Shown piece by piece: positions 9,603 through 18,667 of a stretch of 64,000 nt of DNA. The position numbers were made by a program, and so were the translations under genes. The stretch lies in contig JAFWYK010000010.1 in the NCBI GenBank assembly GCA_017517685.1, forward strand, positions 130,499-194,498, given 5' to 3'. The number at the start of each line of letters is the position of its first letter. Within the stretch, counting starts at the first letter, position 1. The notes under the pieces are model-generated. The model saw only the letters and a list, made by a program, of their open reading frames with translations. It ran no database searches and was not told the DNA's origin. Origin of the DNA: Clostridia bacterium. Its GTDB lineage: Bacteria > Bacillota > Clostridia > TANB77 > CAG-508.

Positions 9603-10124
9603 TTAATCTCCAAATATTTTAATAATAATATTTTTAATAGTATTTAATACTTTTTTACATACGTCTAAAAATGATCCTTGAAGAACAGGTAAATTATCAT
9701 TATGAGTGTTACTATCATCACTAGATACATCTATTTTTGTGAATATATTATCTTGTTCTAGTTGTGAATTTAATTGGCTTTGAGTTCTTTTATCCATGAT
9801 AGCGTAATCCATAATCAATTCTTCTTTAGATTTTTTTCTAGATGACCAATAATTTGAATGAAGAAGTGAAAGAAGAGCTAATGTTTTATCATTTAATTTT
9901 TCTTCACCTATAGATTTTGTCATTGTAAATTCGTAATCTAAAGAACAATTATCATAAAAGAACATGATAAGTTTTTTAGGAATTTTGTCTACATATAATT
10001 TATCCATATGTCTTAAAACTTCTAATACTTCACTATATACTTGACGTTGTTCTAATGATATAACCATGTTTTTCTCCTTATTAATTATTTCCTCGGCAAT
10101 TCTGTCCTTTTTTCTTTTGAACAT
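9603..10124 (-). CDS. Hypothetical protein
   Basis: ORF 9603..10139. Start preferred at the second ATG (10124), which is behind GAGG. Shares a bidirectional terminator region (9530-9600) with the sortase gene. Confidence 0.6.
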   Translation of the reverse strand: MFKRKKDRIAEEIINKEKNMVISLEQRQVYSEVLEVLRHMDKLYVDKIPKKLIMFFYDNCSLDYEFTMTKSIGEEKLNDKTLALLSLLHSNYWSSRKKSKEELIMDYAIMDKRTQSQLNSQLEQDNIFTKIDVSSDDSNTHNDNLPVLQGSFLDVCKKVLNTIKNIIIKIFGD

Positions 10125-10153
10125 TTTTATCAACCTCATTTGTGCATAAAAAA

Positions 10154-10549
10154 TTATAAATCTAAATCTTGACCATCTATTTCTTCAGTTTCTTTTGTTG
10201 GTGTTTCTCCAACATTCATATCTTCAAGTTTAAGTGTAGTCGAAGATGTTTTTTCATCTTTTCCTTTAAGACGATTTTTTAATTCTTCAATTCTTTCGTT
10301 AATTACTTGAGAACCATCAACCATTAAAGTTGTTTGTTCATTAACGTTAGCTTCATATGTTGTTGGATCAACAGCATGAGCAGCTTGTTCAACTTGATCA
10401 GCAGATGTGTTTTCAGAAACTGCTTTTGTTCTATTTTTTTGATTCATTACAACATTAAGAAAATCACTTCCTGATTTTGCATTTAATGCTTTTTTTAAAT
10501 CTTCATCTGATAATTTATCTAAATTTTTTTCTCCATCAACAACTGGCAT
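10154..10549 (-). CDS. Hypothetical acidic protein
   Basis: 131-aa ORF with SD AAGGAG, directly upstream of 9603..10124 in the same orientation. Confidence 0.6.
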   Translation of the reverse strand: MPVVDGEKNLDKLSDEDLKKALNAKSGSDFLNVVMNQKNRTKAVSENTSADQVEQAAHAVDPTTYEANVNEQTTLMVDGSQVINERIEELKNRLKGKDEKTSSTTLKLEDMNVGETPTKETEEIDGQDLDL

Positions 10550-10636
10550 AGGTATAATTCTCCTTATAAATACTTATATATAGAAATTATAGCATTAATA
10601 AAAAATTGCTTCAATAATTGTAATCAAAATGAGAAA

Positions 10637-10669
10637 TAAAAAAAGAGATTAATCTTTCGATTAATCTCT
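10637..10669 (-). terminator. Terminator of the tRNA-His/tRNA-Gln operon
   Basis: AGAGATTAATC/GATTAATCTCT stem followed by a T-run on the minus strand. Confidence 0.8.
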
Positions 10670-10671
10670 TT

Positions 10672-10747
10672 TGGCTGGGCTGGATAGATTCGAACTATCG
10701 AAATGCCAGAGTCAAAGTCTGGTGCCTTACCGCTTGGCTACAGCCCA
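10672..10747 (-). tRNA. tRNA-Gln (anticodon UUG)
   Basis: The reverse complement folds as a cloverleaf. Acceptor TGGGCTG/CAGCCCA, anticodon stem CCAGA/TCTGG with loop CTTTGAC, GTTCGAATC T-loop, encoded CCA. Confidence 0.9.
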
Positions 10748-10753
10748 ATGTAA

Positions 10754-10831
10754 TGGGGTGGAAGATGGGACTCGAACCCACGGTCTTCAGTGCCACAAAC
10801 TGACGCGTTAACCAACTACGCTACATCCACC
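10754..10831 (-). tRNA. tRNA-His (anticodon GUG) with encoded G-1
   Basis: The reverse complement GGTGGATGTAGCGTAGTTGGTTAACGCGTCAGTTTGTGGCACTGA... has anticodon stem TCAGT/ACTGA with loop TTGTGGC, an extra 5' G pairing with C73, and encoded CCA. There is one T-T mismatch in the acceptor stem. Confidence 0.85.
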
Positions 10832-10861
10832 ATGTTGTGTCGATTCTCACAACGCTCTTAT

Positions 10862-10890
10862 ATTTTAAAACAAAAATAATCTTTTGTCAA
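10862..10890 (-). promoter_or_regulatory. Promoter of the tRNA-His/Gln operon
   Basis: Minus strand TTGACA, 17 nt, TAAAAT. Confidence 0.6.
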
Positions 10891-10924
10891 TCTATTTTAT
10901 TAAAAAAGTTAAATAATTTATTAA

Positions 10925-10952
10925 AATAATAAAAAAGGGAGGAGCACTCCCG
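10925..10952 (-). terminator. Terminator of cassette B
   Basis: GGGAG/CTCCC GC-rich hairpin followed on the minus strand by TTTTTTATTATTTT. Confidence 0.7.
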
Positions 10953-11001
10953 ATTTTGAGTTAGCCCCAAAAGAGAGTGCCCCAGAGTTCAAGAATGACG
11001 G

Positions 11002-11547
11002 TTAATTCTGGTTAATCAAGCCAATGTAGAATCTCATGAACTTAACGATGCTGACACCACCGACACAAGCTTTGACAGTTTCATAGTATTTCCAGGTCTG
11101 GAACTCATTGTAGAGGTCAGCAGGATTTACCAGAATTTTGTGCTCATGGTCAAGGATGCCGATAAGGGTATCGATGTTCAGAAAACCTACAGACTCTTTC
11201 GCAGCAAGGCTCTGTGCAAGCCGCACAACGTTCGGAGTGTCGATGGAATCGAACTCGAAGCCGTAGCAGAATGCGTTTGCCTTATCTTTGCGGGTAGGTG
11301 CGTCCTTCAACTCATCTAAATAAGCGTTGTACTCCTTGATCTGTTTTGCCATTGCTGCTGAAAGCTTTTCAGATTTGGTGGCGGTCAGGTTAGGAGCGTA
11401 AACGGTAGATTCGTTGTATGCCTTGATGATAGCGCGCTGAAGACTGTCGTCGAGAGTGGAAAATTCGATGGTCTTAGGCAGCTTTTCACCAGGGATTTTA
11501 AGGACAAGCTTGTCATCCAGAATTGCATAAGTTGTTTGTTTTTTCAT
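11002..11547 (-). CDS. Hypothetical 181-aa protein, compositionally foreign (cassette B)
   Basis: About 45-57% GC in sampled lines. SD AAAGGAG 8 nt before the ATG. Own promoter and terminator. I recognise no motif. Confidence 0.8.
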   Translation of the reverse strand: MKKQTTYAILDDKLVLKIPGEKLPKTIEFSTLDDSLQRAIIKAYNESTVYAPNLTATKSEKLSAAMAKQIKEYNAYLDELKDAPTRKDKANAFCYGFEFDSIDTPNVVRLAQSLAAKESVGFLNIDTLIGILDHEHKILVNPADLYNEFQTWKYYETVKACVGGVSIVKFMRFYIGLINQN

Positions 11548-11678
11548 AAAGTGATCTCCTTTGCATTGGTATTCTTGAATATATAATCATTACCGGACAC
11601 ATTCATTAGAATGCATTGTCCTAGTAAAAAGATTATCAATATTTTCAATGTGCATTATTTACATAAAATCTACTAAAT

Positions 11679-11707
11679 ATTATAACATGTTTTTGTAATA
11701 AAGTCAA
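11679..11707 (-). promoter_or_regulatory. Sigma-A-type promoter of cassette B
   Basis: Minus strand TTGACT, 17 nt, TATAAT. The roughly 130-nt leader contains a GGACA..CATTC/GAATG..TGTCC hairpin (11601-11632). Confidence 0.6.
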
Positions 11708-11898
11708 AAACATACAAAACAAGCCAATATTTTACAGGAAATAGAAAAAATAAATGGGGAACATAAATAAAAGTTAGCAAAAAAGTTTATGAATTTTTAA
11801 TAAAAATCATGTACAAAATGATTGAGTATTGTTATACTTAATATATTGTGAAAAATGTTGAAAAATGTTTTTTAATAAAAGTGATATTGGTGACAAAT

Positions 11899-13005
11899 AT
11901 GAATATACTATTAGAGAAAGTAAAGAGTAGTATTATTAATAATTGGCAACGAAAACTTATAATTTTTTCAATATGTTTTGCTGTTATTTTTATGATATTA
12001 CTAATAAATTTTATTATAGAATATAAAAGAAATAATATAGATACTATGTATGCAATACATGGTGTTGTTATGACTGATGGTGCTGAATATTATAAAAAAC
12101 CAAAAGAATCAAGATGGTTTTTTAATAGAATATCAAAATTAAAAATAGGTACAGATTCTTATATTGTAGGTTCTGAAACAACAGAAGATGGAAAACAATG
12201 GTATAAGATAAAATCTGGTAAAAAAGTAGGATATATATTAAAAGAAAATATTGATTATTATGAAATAGATTTAGAGTCAGAATATGCTTTAATGGCAGAT
12301 GTTTCGAAATTTAATGTTATTCAAAAAGATTTTGAAACTAAAGAAGAATTTCAAGTATTTTTATTAAAACATAATTTTAATTATGCTTATATAAGAGCTG
12401 GAGGTAGAGGTTATGGAAAAGATGGTAACTTCTATATAGATCCAAATTTTAAAATGTTTGTTGAAGCTTGTGAATATTTGGGAATACCTTATGGTTTTTA
12501 TTATATAGATGAAGCGTTAAATTCTGAAGAAGTAGATGAAGAAGTTGAATTTATGTATGATTTTATCTGCAAAAATTCGACAAGTAAAAATATACTTCCA
12601 TTAGTAATTGATATTGAAAAATATGATGACAATATTAATTCTAGAACGAAAGATATTTGGGAAGATAGAAAATATTTAGCAACTGAATTGGTAGACAAGT
12701 TTTTAGCCAAAGGTATTTCTTCGATAATATATACAAATGCTAATATGGCAAATGAATATTTATCAGAAGTTAATACATGTTTTTGGCTTGCGTATTATGA
12801 TCGTGAAAACAGAATACCAAAACAATGGTATACAAGTTTAGAGGATCAAGAAGCAACTAAAAATGAAGAATTAATGAATAAAATGATAGCTTGGCAATTT
12901 ACAGAGTCAGGTGCAGGTAAAGAAATTGATTATAAAGTTGATGTTAATTTAGTAAAAAATGATTTCTTTATCGAATATGTAAAAAAATATACGAAAGATA
13001 AGTAA
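11899..13005 (+). CDS. GH25-family muramidase with N-terminal TM anchor and SH3b-like domain
   Basis: The ADVSKFN..., AYIRAGGRGYG...D..F and GIPYGFYY pattern is typical of GH25 lysozymes. An SH3-like segment (KIGTDSYIVG..WYKIKSGKKVGYI) precedes it. Start placed at ATG 11899. Confidence 0.7.
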   Translation: MNILLEKVKSSIINNWQRKLIIFSICFAVIFMILLINFIIEYKRNNIDTMYAIHGVVMTDGAEYYKKPKESRWFFNRISKLKIGTDSYIVGSETTEDGKQWYKIKSGKKVGYILKENIDYYEIDLESEYALMADVSKFNVIQKDFETKEEFQVFLLKHNFNYAYIRAGGRGYGKDGNFYIDPNFKMFVEACEYLGIPYGFYYIDEALNSEEVDEEVEFMYDFICKNSTSKNILPLVIDIEKYDDNINSRTKDIWEDRKYLATELVDKFLAKGISSIIYTNANMANEYLSEVNTCFWLAYYDRENRIPKQWYTSLEDQEATKNEELMNKMIAWQFTESGAGKEIDYKVDVNLVKNDFFIEYVKKYTKDK

Positions 13006-13024
13006 TGTAAAATACGGAGGAAAA

Positions 13025-14236
13025 ATGAAATTAAATAGAATATTTATCAAAGTGCTAGCAATTATATTATGCTTAGCGCAAGGACTTTTATTGGGCAATT
13101 TTATGCCTAAAGTAAAGGCTAGTCAAGGAGATTTGGTAAATAATACGAAAGATAAAAAGATTGATGTTTATTCTGAAGCAGCAATTTTAATTGAACAAGA
13201 AACAGGTAAAATATTATATAAAAAGAATATAGATAATAAGATGTATCCTGCTAGTACAACTAAAATATTAACAGCTATAATAGCAATAGAGAATTGTGAT
13301 ATGTTTGAAAAAGTTGTGGCTAGTAAAGAAGCAATAAGAAGTGTGAAAACTGGATATAGTAATGCAGCGATACAAGTAGGAGAAAGTTTTACTGTAGAAG
13401 AACTTTTAAAAGTATTGATGGTTCATTCAGCAAATGAAGCTGGTAATATATTAGCTGAACATATATCAGGTTCAGTAGAAGAGTTTGCAAAATTAATGAA
13501 TGTGAAAGCAAAACAAATTGGATGTAAAAATTCTAATTTTGTTAATCCGCATGGAGTGCATGATGAAAACCATTATACAACAGCATATGATTTAGCTTTA
13601 ATTGGAAGATATGCAATGCAAAATGAAAAGTTTAGAGAAATTGTATCATGTATGGAATGTAGTCTTCCAAATACAGAACTATGGACAGAAGAACATTCTG
13701 ATAGATATGGAGAAAGAAATTTTTATAACACAAATGACTTAATGCTTCAAAATAGCAAATATTATTATCCATATGTAAATGGAATTAAATCTGGATATAC
13801 AACTCCTGCTAAAAACTGTTTGGTTACAGGAAGTAATAGATATGGCTTTGAATTAATTGCAGTTGTACTTCATGCCGAAACAACAAGTAGCGGTGAGAGT
13901 GCAAGAAATATAGATACGATAAATCTTTTAGAATATGGTTATAATAATTTTAATAAAGAGGATATTTTAGAAGAATATGAATATGAAAAAGAAATGGAAA
14001 AAGGTTTTATTACAGGAATAGTAGAAAATTCAAATGATGATATCGATAAAACTGGAACATCTGGAAATAAAGAAAGTGTTTTTGTAGCTTTAAAGAAAGT
14101 AATAAAACTTGGAACTGTTTTTAGCTTAATTTCATTAGTAGGAATATATATTTATAGAAAGAGAAAAGAACATAGGGAATATGTATACAATGAATATTCA
14201 ATTGATTTATATCATTTCGAATTGGATACAAATTAA
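13025..14236 (+). CDS. Serine-type D-Ala-D-Ala carboxypeptidase (PBP5/S11 family)
   Basis: Signal peptide, SxxK (ASTTK), SxN (HSANE), KxG (IKSG) and a C-terminal membrane anchor. Confidence 0.85.
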   Translation: MKLNRIFIKVLAIILCLAQGLLLGNFMPKVKASQGDLVNNTKDKKIDVYSEAAILIEQETGKILYKKNIDNKMYPASTTKILTAIIAIENCDMFEKVVASKEAIRSVKTGYSNAAIQVGESFTVEELLKVLMVHSANEAGNILAEHISGSVEEFAKLMNVKAKQIGCKNSNFVNPHGVHDENHYTTAYDLALIGRYAMQNEKFREIVSCMECSLPNTELWTEEHSDRYGERNFYNTNDLMLQNSKYYYPYVNGIKSGYTTPAKNCLVTGSNRYGFELIAVVLHAETTSSGESARNIDTINLLEYGYNNFNKEDILEEYEYEKEMEKGFITGIVENSNDDIDKTGTSGNKESVFVALKKVIKLGTVFSLISLVGIYIYRKRKEHREYVYNEYSIDLYHFELDTN

Positions 14237-14277
14237 ACAAAAAACCAACTAACGCCTGTTAGTTGGTTTTGTTTTTA

Positions 14278-16305
14278 TTATCTTCTTGCTTGTTCTGGAA
14301 CAGTAAATAAACTAGTTAATTTATTAGAATTATCAAACATGTTATTGAATTGAATGTAATGATAATTTTCAATTAATTTTGTATATTCATTTGTTTCAGA
14401 AAAATCATGATATACACCTGTTTTATCTATATAACCATTTCCTGTTATGATTGGTATTTCTGATCTTAATTCGTCTAAGAATTGAAGATAAGGTGTTTTT
14501 TGAATGTTAGCTACATCTAATAGTAGTGATGCTAAATAGTTTGCACTAATATCAGTTATATCTTTATATTTGTCTTCATCTATATCGTAGTTTGCCCAGA
14601 TAATAAATGGAGTCATATATTTTCTTTCAGTAGCTTCTTTTGAATTTATATCATCAAAGCTTTGAGAAAGTAATTCTTGATAAAATTCATCTTCAACATA
14701 TGGTTGATGATCTCCAAACATTACTATAATTGTTGGTTCTTCTTGTTTTGAAAAATAATCAATTAAGTATTCAAAAGACTCATCTGCAATTTTAATTAAA
14801 GAAAGATATTGATTTAATTTTGGATATTGTCCATCTTCAGCAATTACAGTGTTTTCAAAAGATTGATCTGTGTAACTTCCGTGGTTTTGCATTGTAAGAG
14901 TAAAGTTGAACATTTTCTTTCCTGGTTCTTTATTTTCATAAATATCTATAATGTTTTTATATGTACTTAAATCATCTGGATATTCTCTAATAAAGTTTAA
15001 ATCTTTTAGGGTACCCATATATAAGAATCTTTCAAATCCTAATCTTGGATATGCTAAGTTTCTATTGTATCCTTGTGGGTAATAACAATGTATTGCAGAT
15101 GTTGTATATCCTTGATCTTTTAAAATTGATGCTAATGAATAAGAGTTTCTAAGTACATATTGTTGATATGGAACAGTTCTTTTTGGAACATATGCCATAG
15201 AGTTTGATGTTAAAAATTCCCATTCACTGTTGGGTGTTGTTGCACCAAATATTGAAACGTGTAAGTTTCCTTTTATAGTATTTTCTTTTAAACTGTGGTA
15301 GAAAGGAAGATACTCTTCATTTGTTTTGAAATCTCCAACTACTTTTAGTTCTGCAAATGATTCGTTCATTATTGCAATAACATTTGGCATTTCTGTATTT
15401 TCTTTATGTTCTATTAATGGTACTTGTATTTTATTTGCAAGAGATGTAATAGATACAATGTCATAACCATCTGGTTCTGTGATTATTAAGTTTCTAGATT
15501 GTTTAAACAAACTTGCTATTAAACCATTGTTGTGATATTCCTCTTTGGGATCCCAGTTTTCATCTAACCCAAATATTGAAATCATATTTGTTAAATAGAA
15601 GTTGAAGATGAATGTTACTGTAAGTATCATTACTGCAACTCTATATGATTTTTTTAGTTTACCATTTCTAAAACTATCTATTTTTACTTTTCTTAAGTAT
15701 AAAAGTCCGATTACAAATAAAATAACACCAATTACAAATTTCTTAGTAAGTTTAAATTGAAATGTTGGTAATACAGTTAAGGCTACATTTAGTGAAAATA
15801 TATCCCATGGAACAAATGGTGTTCCTCTGAATTCAGATATGAAATGATTTACAAGTCCGATTAAAAATGTAAGTACCATTGTTATATATAAACTTATTTT
15901 GACTTTACCAATTATACAATAGAAGAATCCAATTAAAAGATATATGAATATATAATTTAAAATCATTCTTCCAGGTTCAAAGAATATTTTTCCATTACAA
16001 AACATTTGGCAGTAATAGAATATAATTATTGGAATAACTATTAATGTAATGAATTTTTTGTAATGTCTTTTAGTTATCTTTTTACTTTTTTCATATGCTT
16101 TATCAAGTTTTAAAAATTTGCAAAGTTGTGGCAGATGTAAAAAGTTTGATAATTTTATTAATTTATCTTTTATAAAGTTTGTGATAGGAGAAAGTTTCTT
16201 TCCTATAAACTTAAATATTTTTTTCGACACTTTTTTAATTTTTGATTTGGTACTTTTAAAGATAGTTTTAATTTTATCTTTAAAAGCTATGAACTTTTCT
16301 TTCAT
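14278..16305 (-). CDS. LtaS-like sulfatase-family transferase (polytopic N-domain plus extracellular alkaline-phosphatase-fold domain)
   Basis: Multiple N-terminal TM helices. MNESF, NSEWEFLT, MQNHGSY and FGDHQP are characteristic of the LTA-synthase/phosphoglycerol-transferase family. Confidence 0.8.
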   Translation of the reverse strand: MKEKFIAFKDKIKTIFKSTKSKIKKVSKKIFKFIGKKLSPITNFIKDKLIKLSNFLHLPQLCKFLKLDKAYEKSKKITKRHYKKFITLIVIPIIIFYYCQMFCNGKIFFEPGRMILNYIFIYLLIGFFYCIIGKVKISLYITMVLTFLIGLVNHFISEFRGTPFVPWDIFSLNVALTVLPTFQFKLTKKFVIGVILFVIGLLYLRKVKIDSFRNGKLKKSYRVAVMILTVTFIFNFYLTNMISIFGLDENWDPKEEYHNNGLIASLFKQSRNLIITEPDGYDIVSITSLANKIQVPLIEHKENTEMPNVIAIMNESFAELKVVGDFKTNEEYLPFYHSLKENTIKGNLHVSIFGATTPNSEWEFLTSNSMAYVPKRTVPYQQYVLRNSYSLASILKDQGYTTSAIHCYYPQGYNRNLAYPRLGFERFLYMGTLKDLNFIREYPDDLSTYKNIIDIYENKEPGKKMFNFTLTMQNHGSYTDQSFENTVIAEDGQYPKLNQYLSLIKIADESFEYLIDYFSKQEEPTIIVMFGDHQPYVEDEFYQELLSQSFDDINSKEATERKYMTPFIIWANYDIDEDKYKDITDISANYLASLLLDVANIQKTPYLQFLDELRSEIPIITGNGYIDKTGVYHDFSETNEYTKLIENYHYIQFNNMFDNSNKLTSLFTVPEQARR

Positions 16306-16564
16306 TTTTTGAGTTCATTCCTTTCTTATATATCTATATATGAATATTTGTTAGCATTAAAATTCACATTTAAATATAACATAAAAAGGAAAAAAAGTGA
16401 AGTAAATTGACGAAAATAGATAAATAAGCAAATAATTTGTTGCAAAAAGACAAAAGAACAGAAAAGGCGATGAAATCAATCATAAACAATTGGTTAACCA
16501 AACAAACATACTGTACACATAAAAAATGGTAATAATATTGGAAGTTATGGTATCCAAAAAATGG

Positions 16565-16673
16565 TGTGAATAATATATGTCGAAAAAAGATGAATAAATA
16601 GGTTATTCACAAACTTATCCACATTATCCACAATATAAAAAGTGGATAAATTTTGATTAAAAAATGTGGAAAA
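16565..16673. promoter_or_regulatory. DnaA-box cluster
   Basis: TTATCCACA at 16615..16623 and 16624..16632 (abutting). TTATTCACA at 16603..16611, and reversed at 16565..16573. TTATCCACT reversed at 16641..16649. TTTTCCACA reversed at 16665..16673. Confidence 0.7.
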
Positions 16674-16772
16674 ACTTAACATAACGTAAATAAAGATAAA
16701 ATTCAAAAATGTATTGAAGTATTTAAAAAAGTGTGATATTAATGTATTTATAAGGAATTCGGAGGTTTGAAT

Positions 16773-17390
16773 ATGAAATATTATATTGATTTTGATAATA
16801 CATTATATGAAACAGCGAAGTTAACTACATGTATGCTTGATGCTATTTGTAAAACTGTTGTGGAAAAATTAGGTAAAGAATATAGTGAAATAGATGAATA
16901 TGTAAAAGCAAATTTTAATTCTACTACAGATAATATTTTTACATTTGCTAGAGAAACAGGAAGTTATTACGGAATAGATCCGGATTTAGTAGAAAACAAT
17001 GTTAAAGCTGTAGTAGATAATGGAAATAATATTGTATTTGAGGATGCAGAAAGATTTTTAGCTAGATTAAAAGAAAATGGACATGAAGTTCATATATTAA
17101 CATATATACCAAAAACAAATCAAGAATATCAAATGAAAAAATTATTAGGTTCTGGATTAATGAAATATTTTGATACAATTACAATTACATCAAAATATAA
17201 GTTTTTACTTGATATGGATTATACACAAGGTATATATATAGATGATGATCCAAGAGATTTAAATGGATTATATGAAAAAAATCCAATTAAAGTAATTAGA
17301 ATAAGAAAACCAAATAATAAACGTTCTAAAATTGATATTGATAACAAAAATATTGAAGAATACGTATCGTTTGATGATATTGAAGTGTAA
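16773..17390 (+). CDS. HAD-superfamily hydrolase
   Basis: N-terminal DxDxT motif (YYIDFDNTLY). Start placed at ATG 16773 behind GGAGG. Confidence 0.7.
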   Translation: MKYYIDFDNTLYETAKLTTCMLDAICKTVVEKLGKEYSEIDEYVKANFNSTTDNIFTFARETGSYYGIDPDLVENNVKAVVDNGNNIVFEDAERFLARLKENGHEVHILTYIPKTNQEYQMKKLLGSGLMKYFDTITITSKYKFLLDMDYTQGIYIDDDPRDLNGLYEKNPIKVIRIRKPNNKRSKIDIDNKNIEEYVSFDDIEV

Positions 17391-17587
17391 AAAATTAAAA
17401 AATTACGTTATATATAGAAAATTTGTGAAAAATGCTATATATAGCGTATTATTTTTGTGCATAAAAAGAGAAAAACGATAAAAATATAAAATTTAACGAA
17501 AAACGTTAAAAAAGTGTTGACAAACATAAAATAGCGTGTTAACATAAGAATGTAAATTTAATTTTTTAAAAATGTAAGGAGATTAAA

Positions 17588-18112
17588 ATGAAAAAAGAAA
17601 TGAAAGAAAAAACAAAAGATACAAATAATATACAAAAGTTAATTAAATTTTTATCATTTGGTCAAGCTTTTTTAATAGCAGTACCATTAGTAAGATTAAT
17701 GCTTGTTATAATTGTAACAGTAGGATCAATGATTGCAGGTGAAAATGTAACTATAACTGAAGTTGCATATGAATTCTTTAATTTAGAAAAACCTGTGTTT
17801 ACAACATTAAAAGCTCAAGTAGTATATTATGCTTTTGTTATTTTTTCTGTTTTAGGATATATTATAAATATTTCATTATTAAATAAAATTGAAAAAATAT
17901 TAAGAAATACTGAAGAAGCGAAAACACCATTTACAGAAAACAATATTGTTTTACTTGATAAAATAAAAGGTTTAGTTTTTGTAAGTTTTATTACAATGTT
18001 TTTAGGAAATAAATTTGGAATGAGTTTAATTCCACTTGTTGTTGTAATAGGATTAATTGGAGTATTTAAACATGGATATAAATTACAACAAGAAGTAGAT
18101 GAGACATTATAA
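17588..18112 (+). CDS. Membrane protein (DUF2975-like partner of a YozG-type regulator)
   Basis: Four predicted TM segments. Overlaps and precedes a small XRE HTH gene, a recurrent Firmicute gene pair. Confidence 0.55.
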   Translation: MKKEMKEKTKDTNNIQKLIKFLSFGQAFLIAVPLVRLMLVIIVTVGSMIAGENVTITEVAYEFFNLEKPVFTTLKAQVVYYAFVIFSVLGYIINISLLNKIEKILRNTEEAKTPFTENNIVLLDKIKGLVFVSFITMFLGNKFGMSLIPLVVVIGLIGVFKHGYKLQQEVDETL

Positions 18113-18128
18113 TAAGGAGATGATAAAA

Positions 18129-18338
18129 ATGCCAATTATATTAAGATTAGATAGAATGATGGCTGATAGAAAAATATCATTAAATGAACTTTCAGAAAAA
18201 GTTGGAGTAGCAAATGTTAACTTATCAAAGATGAAAAACGGAAAAATAAGTGCTATAAGATTTTCAACATTAGAAGCTATTTGTGAAGTTCTAGATTGTC
18301 AGCCAGGAGATATATTAGAATATAAAAAAGAAAATTAA
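18129..18338 (+). CDS. XRE-family HTH transcriptional regulator (YozG-like)
   Basis: MPIILRLDRMMADRKISLNELSEKVGVANVNLSKMKNGK is a canonical short Cro/C1 HTH. Start placed at ATG 18129. Confidence 0.8.
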   Translation: MPIILRLDRMMADRKISLNELSEKVGVANVNLSKMKNGKISAIRFSTLEAICEVLDCQPGDILEYKKEN

Positions 18339-18375
18339 TGGTTGACTAAATCTTAAAAGTATTGTAAAATAGATT

Positions 18376-18590
18376 ACATAATATGAATCACGATGAAAAA
18401 GAGGAAATATTCAAATAGTGATTTACAGTGAGTTTGTGATAGTGAGAAACAAATAAGAGCTTAGATATTTTGGAACTTTGGAGTGATATTAATTAAGGTG
18501 GGTATTTTATACCAATTAGGGTGGAACCGCGCAAGTTGTTAGCTTACGTCCCTAGCTTTATGCTAAGGAAGTAAGCTATTTTTGTTTTTA
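18376..18590 (+). promoter_or_regulatory. T-box leader (glycine) with terminator
   Basis: Promoter TTGACT-17-TAAAAT at 18342..18370. Conserved T-box AATTAGGGTGGAACCGCG at 18514..18531. Terminator AGCTTAC.../...GTAAGCT plus a T-run at 18541..18590. Lies upstream of glyQS. Confidence 0.85.
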
Positions 18591-18667
18591 TAAAACTTAC
18601 TCCTTAGAAAAACTGTGAAAAAGGTTACCATGATTTTCACAGAATTAAATATAAAGGAGGTTTTATT

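Noticed and set aside
16330-16760. Interpretation of the DnaA-box cluster as the chromosomal oriC.
   Set aside because: There is no dnaA, dnaN or other origin-linked gene nearby. Gene orientation does not switch consistently here, since pyrBI, alaS and the sortase gene to the left are on the plus strand. It is kept as a DnaA-box cluster finding, not as an origin call.
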